Assembly: GCA_022813965.1 (NCBI GenBank)
Contig: JALDZS010000200.1
Coordinates: forward strand, 1-41,330
Source: Toensbergia leucococca
Taxonomy: Eukaryota
Direction: 5' to 3'
Length of the DNA stretch: 41,330 nt
Shown here: in pieces, positions 1-9,231 of the stretch
Layout of the letters: every line of letters begins with the position of its first letter
How positions within the stretch are numbered: the stretch's first letter is position 1
Notes under the pieces: model-generated
The model's database searches: none
What the model was told of the DNA's origin: nothing
What the model saw: the letters and a program-made list of their open reading frames with translations, nothing else
Translations under genes and position numbers: made by a program

Positions 1-85
1 CGATTTACCCGGATCGAACGGGTGACCTTTAGATGCCTCGGACTGGTGCTTCAGTCTAACGCTCTCCCAACTGAGCTAAAACCGC
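1..85 (-). tRNA. tRNA-Phe(GAA) with 14-nt intron (35..48); last 1-2 nt of the 3' end lie outside the window
   Basis: Reverse complement reads GCGGTTTTAGCTCAGTTGGGAGAGCG-TTAGA-CT-GAA-G-[CACCAGTCCGAGGC]-A-TCTAA-AGGTC-ACCCG-TTCGATC-CGGGT-AAATCG. The D-arm matches fungal tRNA-Phe, the T-loop is TTCGATC, the anticodon GAA is at 52..50, and the intron is at the canonical 37/38 position. Confidence 0.96.
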
Positions 86-939
86 CAATTGATACTAAGG
101 CGGCACTATTAGTAAATATAAACAATGTTTTTGAATTTATGCCATTACAAATTTGATCTTGCGAAAATATTCCAAGTCTTTTTGCCGGCTGCACCCTTAT
201 CATCACTTTACAAGCTGTCAGTCAATTTTTAAAGCAGTCAACGCAGAACAGTGGTACTAGACCTCATCACTGACTTGATCAGATAAATAACGAAACTAAG
301 GTAATGGATGGAAAATGATGATGAGTGAAGCAAATTGAAGGGATTTACATATAATTCATTATTGTTGTTGTGAGGAATGAGAAATGAAGCTTGGCATGCT
401 TGACGCTTGCTGAGGGAGATGGAGGTTGCATTCAGCGTTTGCAGGGATCTGTTTGAAGAGGGAGAGAGGAGAGAGGAGAAGGGGTTTCGCTGCCTACATG
501 CCTATCTCGGGGTCTGCATTCCTTCTTTTCACCTCATTTCACCATGCATTCCTCCATCGCAGTCATCATGATTCTTGTGAATTTTGAGAGATCGACACGC
601 TTGGTGATCACTAATGAGAAGGAACGCCTTTCTTTTCAGTGTCTCCGTCAAGTCCTGTACGACAGGATGGCTTCTCGTCTCTTGTTCAACCCTTCTCCTT
701 ATTCAAGATCTCAATTCAATTATCATCTATATATCCATGCGCTATTCGCTCGCATTAGCCGCATGCGGAAGTATGTTGTTCAATCAACAGATGACGAACC
801 TGGGGCAAGGAATACTCAATTTCTTTGTTCTGCTTCTTTTCCATCCTTGACAGGTGTTTCTTTTGCTTGATGTCCTTTCTCCTTTGATATTCTTTGCTTC
901 TCTTGCCTATTTTTCATCTTTGAAGCTATTTTCAAGACC

Positions 940-2635
940 ATGCTATCCACAAACATGCTTCTTGCCGTCCTTACTAGTCTCCTGATCCCGGCCGCCCTGA
1001 GTCAAATGAACTTATCTGGCCTACCAACATGCGCTGTACGTTCAATCTGTCTCTTTCAGCTGAATACCGGAATCGACTGATACTAATTAATCACAGCAAA
1101 CATGTCTTTCAAACGCTACCACTGCCCAAGGAACCTGCTCAAACGTAGACATCCACTGTCTGTGCAGCAACATCAACTACATCGACGCCCTCTCCTGCTG
1201 TCTCAGCCAGAAATGCAATGCAAACGACCAGCAGCGTAAAGCCTTCCACCAAAAATCCATCCAGACACCAAACACACTAACATCAGCCACAGAAGCTCTC
1301 ACCTTCAATTCTCAACTCTGTACAACCGTCAACGTCACCATCCCCAACTTCATCGGCTGCTCCATCCAATCAACGAGTAAATCTAGCGGCGCCTCCGACT
1401 CCAGTACAAGCGACACATCCATCGCCAAGAATGCAACATCTAGCTCATCTTCAATGATGGACATGCCAACTACAGCTACTGGTGGTGACCTGTCAGGAGT
1501 AACAAGCTTTGAATCCGCATTCACAACTCCAACCACCGGCCCAGTGGCCACCTTCACCGGCGGCATGCTCTTCCAAGGCGTTTGCACAACCGCTCAATTC
1601 GCATCCGTGACTCTACCAGGCGGCAGCATCCTTCAATACCCCTGGTTGGGCTGTTCCAACGAGCAGCCAGGATGCTGCCCTTTTCCCCTCAACGAAGAAG
1701 GCCCTCTTAGCATCTGCCCCATGGATTACTTCACCACAAGTGGCGCCTGTTGCCCTTCGTAAGTCATTTCATGCCACCCCCCCCCCAGCATCTTAACCAC
1801 AAACTAACACCACGCACCTAGCGGCTGGTTGATCTACACTTCAGCGCTAGCAGGTCAAACCCCTTGCTACACTATGACCCCTTCGGCAGTCCTCACAGCC
1901 CCCTCCCTCGCCTCCTCAGACACAGCCTCCATAACCATGACCCTCACCCAGCGCGACAACGGCCCCCAATCAACAGCCATAACCTCCCAACTCTTCACCC
2001 TAAAATACACCCTCACGCCCCGTTCCCACTCCCTCTCCACAGGCGCCAAAATCGGCATCGCCGTCGGCGCCGCCGTAGCCGGAGTCCTCCTAATAACATT
2101 AATCACGACCCTCATCCTCCGCCGCCGGCGCTCCCAAAAACTCCTCCTCCTTCAAAACATCAAAAACAACACCAACAACCTGCAAGACTTCCCCCAAAAC
2201 AACAACAACCCCTCCCTCTTCACAACCTCAACCCCACCCCACACCTACACGGGCGAAATCTCCCCCGCGCAAGCCCGCACCCCCTCCCACCACACCCGGC
2301 ACTCCATCGTCGAAATGGCCTCGCCCCTCGACCTGCCCCTCCGCCGCTCGGACAGCCGCTCGGACAGCCGCTCCCACTGGCTGCCCCCGCAACTCTCCCC
2401 CACAGCCCTGCGCCCGATCCAGATCCCCTCCTCCTCCATCTCGGAGCCCCCCTCGCGTCCCATCAACGATCCTCCGAACGAACTGCCAGGCGATACGTTT
2501 ATCAACGAGCATCATCCGGCGTATAGTCCCCTGATGATGCAATCGGCGAGCGAGTTGAGGACCGAGGGGGAGGAGGAGGAGGAGAGGTTGAGGACGCCGG
2601 GGGAGGTGGTGTCGCCGGTTGAGGAGCGGAAATAG
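940..2635 (+). CDS. CFEM-domain type I transmembrane protein; exons 940-1035, 1097-1235, 1293-1758, 1822-2635
   Basis: Signal peptide MLSTNMLLAVLTSLLIPAALS. CFEM pattern LPTCAQTC..C..DIHCLC..CC..KC..LC. Then an S/T-rich linker, a second Cys-rich block (CSNEQPGCCP..CPMDY..CCPSGW..PCY), a TM helix GAKIGIAVGAAVAGVLLITLITTLIL followed by RRRR, and a Pro/Ser-rich tail. Three GT..AG introns with CTAAY branch points join the exons in frame. Confidence 0.88.
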
Positions 2636-2659
2636 AGTCTGGGTTGGGGAGTTTTGAGG

Positions 2660-3850
2660 CGTTGCTCTTCTTTTTTTTTGGGGGGGGGGGGGGGGGGGGG
2701 CTCTTTTCTTTGTTTTTTTTCGGGGGCTTGGTGCGGCGCCATCGTTGGGATTAAGTCCTTTTTGTGGGAAGGGGGGCGGGGGGGGAGCTGTCTGTCTGTC
2801 TGGTTGGAAGAAAACTTTGGTTTCGTATCAATCTGGGCACATGTATCTTTAATTTTCTCTTTCAGAAAAGTCCGATTGTTGATCATGCTTTCCTTTTTTC
2901 TGGAAAAACCCCCCTCTCCCCCCTGCCTTTTTCTTCCCATTTGTGCAAGAATTCAAGACAAGCTGTGAATTTGACTTTTATTTGAGCTTGGTGGTGCAAC
3001 TACCTAGGTTCATAATTCCTTTTTGAGATTTGTGTTGTGCATAGAACCGCCTAGGTAGCTATCTTGCTTGTTGAGTTTTGTGTTTGTGAAGTAGAGGAGA
3101 GGATTTGGATGAGCCAAAGGAATATGGTGAGTTGAGTTGATGGTTTTTTGCTGAATCACCCCCTTTTTTGGTCCATTGGGTTTTGTTGGTTCACTACGCT
3201 CCCTCCCTCTCCGACTCATCTCTCATTCTGTTCCCGTTCCCTCCCTCCCCCTCTCAAAAAATAAAAATTAAAAAAAACCCCCTCCTCAAAAAAACAAAAC
3301 CCCTCAAAAAAAGTACCCAGCACAGAAAACGCCCTTTCACTACCTAGGTTCATTAAAACTACCCTACCTATTCAACAAATCTCCACAATATACACAACAC
3401 CAAATGACCAAACAAAAACAAAAAATTTCTAAAACAGAAAAAAAAAAAAATAGGGTCATAAGAAAAACAGTCAAGCTTCTAAAAAGTCTTTGTGAAGAAA
3501 GGGGCTTTTGTAGTGCAGCGGGCAGCGGGGGAAAGGGGGGAAGGGGTGAGGAAGAAAAAAAAGAAAAAAAAAGAGGAAAAAGGGCGAAAGAGAGAGAGAA
3601 AGAAAGAGAAAAAACCAGGGGGAGAGCCTATCAAAGATAGAATCAAACCCCCATATCCTTTTTCTTGCGGGCCCCCCATCTAAGAAGAAACAGCAAGGGA
3701 AAAAAGCAAAGAGAGAAAAAAAAAAAAAGGAAAAGGGAGAGGAGAGGAGAGGCAGGGCAGAGACCGGAGATAACAACAGCCTTCACTAAAAGCATCTACG
3801 AGAGACTCGGATACATCTCGCTACGCTACCCCTACAAAAAAAAAAAAACT
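2660..3850. repeat. Low-complexity intergenic region with homopolymer tracts (G21 at 2680-2700, many A/T runs)
   Basis: Runs of G, T and A are directly visible between two convergent genes. The ORFs called here are K/R/G/F low-complexity artefacts. Confidence 0.85.
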
Positions 3851-4035
3851 CCCCATCAGTCCATGTTTACCGCATTCATCTCACGGTTTGCTTCCATTGA
3901 CCGCAAAGCGCTATTCTTCGCAACGACTCCTTTCCAAGAACGCCGAAGCTATGCAGATGATCACTAGAATAATGCATGCTAAAATCCAACTTATTGTCCA
4001 AGTAATGAACCACCTCAGCTCCAAATGCCATCTGT

Positions 4036-5430
4036 CTACTCCACTTTCTGGTCTGTCTCCGCTTCGACGCTCTCATCTTCCACCACCTCCCACTCGCCTA
4101 TCACTCTCCAAGCATCTTCTTCCTTCAAACCAACATCTCTAATATCACAACCCCTATGGCCCCATTTCTCATCAAAAACTGTTCGACCAAAGTCCATCGT
4201 CATTGTCATGGCTGTTTGAAATCCTTCGGCATCTCTATAGAAGGGTGCCCCTTGGCCACCCTGTTGGCGAGCCTGCCATGAAAGCCGACTGCCCGGATTA
4301 TCGCTTTTGGCTCTTTGTAGTTCCTCAAGGTTATGCACAAGAGCGTGGTAGGCCGGCGAATTGACGCCTTCACTTGAGAGATTTTCTGAAGGAGATTTTA
4401 CACTTCTGGGTAGACCAAGCTCGTCCCGACCTACAACTCGATAAAGGTCTTTCAAATCGTCAAGGCTTGCGCCAACATCATATACAGCTCCGACATCTGC
4501 ACTCTCTATCGAAAAGCCTCTCATCCACAATCGTTCATGCATATCGCAATCGGTCATGTAGTAAGGAACGAAGACGTCCCATCCTCCAATATCCACGAAC
4601 GCCTGTGTATTCACCAGGGAAAGTCTATCATAGGAAAACCAGCGAATGGCCCATCGTCCGTAATCTGGGAGAAGAGTCTCTCGAAGGACACCAACTGCTC
4701 GCATATACAAGGATTGGTATGACTCCTTGGGTTCAAAGTCTTCGACTGAGAGCGCGACAATGTCCATGTGACTCCAGAAATAGTAATCCCATTCGCTCTC
4801 AAGCGCTGTGTACAGGTAAAAGTTTTGCAGTTGAGCGAACGTCAGGAGTGTTGGAGTGAATATGACGTTGACACCAAAGATGGACGTCAGGCGATGATAG
4901 TCTAAGAAGAAGGGATTTTGTAGAGTGAGTAGCTGGTTGCGGTTAGAAAACATGGTGCCAGTGTTGTCGACAACATATATGTCGCTGGGTGGCCAGCCGG
5001 CTGTTATGTAAGACACGACCGTCTGTTGTAGGAGCAACCAATTGCGCGTGAAGCCGATGAAAAGCGGTGTCTTTTCGGAGACATGCGGGTTTGGAGGGGT
5101 ATTCCATTCGGGAATTGGGGGTATGTCGGTTGGAGAAGATGCGGCGGCGGCGAGGGGGAAAGTATCTTTGACTAGAGGGTGTGATTCCGACGCGGTTTTA
5201 TATCTTGGGCGGGGCGGTGTTGTAGGAGATGCTGAAGGTAGAGGCGTCGGCTCGAGTTCCGAAGCAATGGCTGATCTAGATGTAGGAGACGAGGTTGGTG
5301 AATCGAAGTGGGTGACGACATTGTGGTATAATCCAGCATGAATGGACAAGAAGGAGAAAAGGAAGAAAACAATAAGACAGGTAGGTAGAAGGAGTAGAAA
5401 GCTGCGTCTTGGGTTGGATTGAAACAACAT
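4036..5430 (-). CDS. Uncharacterised type II membrane glycosyltransferase (GT-A fold-like)
   Basis: Intronless ORF from ATG 5430 (MLFQSNPRRS), followed by a TM anchor, a Pro/Ser/Thr stem and a catalytic domain with FIGFTRNW, YVVDNTG, WSHMD, GGWD and YMTDCD motifs. The ORF extension upstream to 5610 is probably 5' UTR. Confidence 0.75.
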   Translation of the reverse strand: MLFQSNPRRSFLLLLPTCLIVFFLFSFLSIHAGLYHNVVTHFDSPTSSPTSRSAIASELEPTPLPSASPTTPPRPRYKTASESHPLVKDTFPLAAAASSPTDIPPIPEWNTPPNPHVSEKTPLFIGFTRNWLLLQQTVVSYITAGWPPSDIYVVDNTGTMFSNRNQLLTLQNPFFLDYHRLTSIFGVNVIFTPTLLTFAQLQNFYLYTALESEWDYYFWSHMDIVALSVEDFEPKESYQSLYMRAVGVLRETLLPDYGRWAIRWFSYDRLSLVNTQAFVDIGGWDVFVPYYMTDCDMHERLWMRGFSIESADVGAVYDVGASLDDLKDLYRVVGRDELGLPRSVKSPSENLSSEGVNSPAYHALVHNLEELQRAKSDNPGSRLSWQARQQGGQGAPFYRDAEGFQTAMTMTMDFGRTVFDEKWGHRGCDIRDVGLKEEDAWRVIGEWEVVEDESVEAETDQKVE

Positions 5431-5633
5431 CTCTTGAAGGGCGGTGGTTTCAAGAGTGAAGGGAATGCGAGGAACGAGGATGATTTGCAAAGAGTGGATA
5501 AATGTACAGCATGATAGGCAGGTAAGATAGTGAGTTTGAAGCCTTGGGCATTCAAATGAATGCTGGACTAGGAGTATTATCTGAATACCTAGGTAGGTAG
5601 TTCTTCCCACGTAGAGAATGCTGAAGAAGGAGA

Positions 5634-5675
5634 AGGATTAGGATTAGGATTAGGATTAGGATTAGGATTAGGATT
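5634..5675. repeat. (AGGATT)7 hexanucleotide microsatellite
   Basis: Seven perfect copies upstream of the glycosyltransferase start. Confidence 0.95.
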
Positions 5676-6354
5676 GAGAGCGAGCTATTGTTCAAGAAAA
5701 CAGGGATTGAGTTTGCTAGGATCCCGTGGATTCTAAGGAGTGTGAATGCTGTGAGGGCAAGCACGAAGTGCGGGAGAAGACATGTCCATGTCCACGCATT
5801 TATGGTGACGAAGCAAATTCCAAGAAATGAGATTTAAATGACGATAACTCCCCCTCGATGTCGGTTCCCTTAAGGTAAAGTAATCCTATGTATCCGCATC
5901 TTGCGTCTTTTGGGACAACAGGTAGCTTCTCGGAGATATTCTAGGTTTGCCAGATTCCTCCATCGCACAGGTCCTTGGTCAAACTTCCCAATTCAGAAGA
6001 AAAGATCATACGGATCCCTATTCGGGTGTCCCTCATTACGCAGGTTCCAAGCTTGCTCAGTGATTCGTGACGTCTGACGTGTATTCTAATGCCAGGTTTC
6101 AGCCACACTTATCACCAGGGCAATTCCCTGAAAAGATGCCAGTACCTACCTAGTAGGGAGAGTCAGGTGCTGCATCTAGAAGGAAAATAAGGAACTCTGG
6201 ATTTTTTCTTAGAAATCCGGTTATTTGGAGTGCTGGCTTCATCTTACGAGCACGAGCAGTTCTACTTAGTCCTACTCGTACCTCAGCCTACCTAGCTGTC
6301 GATCACAAGTTTAGCGCGAGTGGCGCACCACTTTCTCCTTCCAGAGTAATCTCT

Positions 6355-6600
6355 ATGCCCATACGATACCCTGTACCAACATCAGAGGAATTGCTTGCCC
6401 ACCACGAGGAATACAAAGCCCTCGGGCAAGCGCAGGCACTCAAGGAATTCGTGACGAGCCGCCTCAATACCGCCTCTGACGGTTGGGTGCCCCCAGATAC
6501 TTGGTAGGACACGATTGAAAGTCACAAGAAGATTTACGAAGAGTTTCTGAAAACTATGAGTGATGAAGACTTGATGAAAGTGTGACTGTTTGATAAGCCT
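6355..6600 (+). pseudogene. 3' relic of a fungal APH/AIM9-like phosphotransferase gene
   Basis: The frame reads YPVPTSEELLAHHEEYKALGQAQALKEFVTSRLNTASDGWVPPDTW*DTIESHKKIYEEFLKTMSDEDLMKV*LFD. This resembles the family C-terminus (DGWVP..W and terminal WPFD). In-frame stops at 6505 and 6583; no kinase N-lobe is recognisable. Confidence 0.65.
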
Positions 6601-7047
6601 TGTGCTATTGTAAAAAATCTGAAAGGAGGATCAGCTTGGTCATATCACTGAGCTAAAATGGCATGAAGGTGATTTCTAGAAATCAGTGTTTTAAGTCAAT
6701 CCTCAGCTTAGGTTCAGACACTTTAACCTGATTCTTTCTTTTTCAACTCATGCAGCTTCTTCAGCTTGAACTTCTCCTTCTAAAATGAGCATTAACAAGC
6801 TCTGAGCTTTGTCAATTTTGTCATATGAGACACAGCAATGATGTTTTTTCTCACTGATTCATTTTAGACAGTGAAGTCAGCAGCTGCTTTCTGCTTATGA
6901 CTACAACTAAAGAATTCTGATGTACTGATTCATAGATTTTTATTAAAGATCACACATCTATATATGTACATTATCTACATAGTTCACAATCAAAAATAAT
7001 CTTCAATCTCTTCTTTTCCCCTCTTGTTCTCTCTCTTACCCCCTTAA

Positions 7048-7070
7048 CTCACCTCACCTCACCTCACCTC
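7048..7070. repeat. (CTCAC)4+ pentanucleotide repeat
   Basis: ctcacctcacctcacctcacctc. Confidence 0.9.
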
Positions 7071-7515
7071 TCAAAAAAATTGCCCCCTTTTACAAGAAAA
7101 AACCCAATCTCACAAAACTTCAAGAATTTAACTTTCTATTTTTAATACCATTTTCACATCTATGATTTCTAAGGTGTATTTCTTTTTGTGTGAGAAAAGG
7201 GGGTGATAAAGAAGTTCATTGTACTCATAAGTTGAGAGGGGAGTTAGTCCGGACGGAAACTTGAGGCTGGCTGTTTTCCTCATATTTTGTGACTTGTGAC
7301 TTGTGAGAGGAGGGGGGGGTGATGAATTGATGGTGGGTATGATCACATGGTCAGGGGGTTTTCAACACACTTTCCATTGTGCTTTACATTATCTCAAGAG
7401 GGATTGATCGAGGATTTGTGAGCGACAGCAGCAAGCCAAAAGAAAGACAAAAAACAAGAGGGCTCACTACATTCTATTTCTTCTACTCATGAATCTAAAA
7501 TTATTTTTCTGCCAA

Positions 7516-8665
7516 TCACAAAAGCTTGCTTTCCTTTTCTTTTCCACGCTCCAACCAGCCTTTTCGCCTCCTCCACTGCCATTCCACCAACACGGGCAGG
7601 AACGTCCACAGATCAAATTCCGGCCATAGACAATCCAGAAAAACAATTTCGGTTTTCTGGTGGCATTGCCAGAGCATAAAGTCGCTCAGTCGCTCGACGC
7701 CTGAAGTCCGGACGAGGAGGTCCAGAGGAGGGTTTCCTGCCGTGTACATGTGATTATTCAGTGTTTCGGCTGTTATGGTTTCCGGATCTGGGTATCTTGA
7801 GTGAGATTTGTGTTCTGAATCGTTGTCGGGAGAGAGAAGATGTTCGGGTGGAGTATCGGGATGAAGGGTGGTTGATGAAGAGACTGAGTCTTCAGCATCA
7901 GATGTGGCGCCTGACGAGGGTGATCGCGCTCTTACCCTCGCAGCAGCGGGTGAAAGGTGGCGGGGAGAAGCTGTTCGCGATGTATGTGGTGGATCCGAGG
8001 TTTGTAGAGGAAGGGAGTGCAGGGGTTCCGAGTATTCAATCACAGTATCGCGTATGGCTGAAGTGATTTCGGCGCGGGAGGTGTAGGGAAAGCATACATT
8101 GAGCACGGCGTCACCGTTCCCGCTGGTCAAGCTGACGGCATTGTCAATTGCCTCCAAAACGTCTGGCTTGACCATTTCGCGCTGACCAAGGACTCGTATA
8201 CGCGCTCCATAGCGATGGAGAAGCTCGCCGTGCTGGGCAAGCTGCAGGAGCTTGAGTTTCGCCATGGCCATCAGGGCATCGACTTCATATTTGGAGCGTT
8301 TGAAGTTTTCAATGCTGAAGGCGTAGATGGTGACGACCTTGACACCGGATTTGTAACAGACTTCGAGGACCTGATGAGGTTCCAGGCATCAGTAAATCTA
8401 TAAGCTCATTTCCCCTTGTGCCACGTCAGCTACAAAGACTCACTCTTGCCAACGCTTCAAAGCCCAGGTTGTGTCCCTCTACTGTCTCGATTCGATGGCT
8501 TCTTGCGAATCGCCGGTTTCCATCCATGACGAAGGCGACATGCTGCGGGATAGGACCCTGGCGCAACGCGCCGATTAGGAGTTCTCGAAATCTTTGAATG
8601 GCCCATTCTACCGGTGGGGACTGTTGCAGGTATTTTCCAAGGGCGAAGAGATGCATTGAAGGCAT
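7516..8665 (-). CDS. RER2: cis-prenyltransferase / dehydrodolichyl diphosphate synthase catalytic subunit; exons 8665-8444, 8370-7516
   Basis: Motifs PQHVAFVMDGNRRFAR, GHNLG, YAFSIENFKR, PYTSR, DLLVRTSGVERLSDFMLWQ and LWPEF. A 73-nt GTGAGT..CAG intron joins the exons in frame. Confidence 0.95.
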
Positions 8666-9231
8666 CGTGACGTGTAGCAGCGTTGGAATATCACCGGCGT
8701 CCTTGGTAAATGATTAATGCAATGGATCCAAGGTCTATGGAGTAATAGACATGGGTTGTATAGCGTAGGGGCATTCAAACAAGGTGACTGGCGAGAAACA
8801 AGTCTTTGCCTAGTCCGCAGCACGACGACATGCTCCTCATGGAGCTATGTTGGCGGTCAATGCAAAGCACAAACAATTCGTGTTATTAATTTCTCAACAT
8901 TGTATCCATACGGAGCAGAATACGGATAGGCCGACCGGCGAACCGGCATTCTCGTCCCGAAGTACGCCATTGTCATTGGTCAATTCAAGATTAAATACTC
9001 CGTACTTAGACAAATGAAAGAAAGCATTAGAACCACCCGAATTGCTCCCTCGTATTGACTATCAAATGTGCTAAATATCACAAAATGTCACTCTCAGCCT
9101 TCATCACATATGTTCTTTCAACTATCTTATATACAATCACCACCACGCCTAGGCATTGCCTTATTCACCAACAGCATATATACAATAATCGCATCACATC
9201 ATAATTACCCAAAGTAATCGGAAGCCCAGTC

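Noticed and set aside
544..870. 108-aa and 78-aa ORFs upstream of the CFEM gene
   Set aside because: No recognisable motifs; position and pyrimidine-rich composition fit promoter/5' UTR.
1864..2526. 220-aa His/Pro/Arg-rich overlapping ORF
   Set aside because: Shadow frame caused by C-rich codon usage of the CFEM exon, which suppresses stops.
3404..3967. Lys/Arg-rich ORFs resembling nucleic-acid-binding proteins
   Set aside because: Translation of poly-A/poly-G intergenic tracts.
6068..6081. Tandem TGACGT (CRE/ATF-like) sites upstream of the glycosyltransferase
   Set aside because: Six-base motifs occur often by chance; no conservation evidence is available.
7083..7205. Imperfect inverted repeat (CCCCCTTTT..TCTCACAAAA / TTTTGTGTGAGAAAAGGGGG) suggesting a MITE
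   Set aside because: Arms are short and low-complexity and no target-site duplication is evident.
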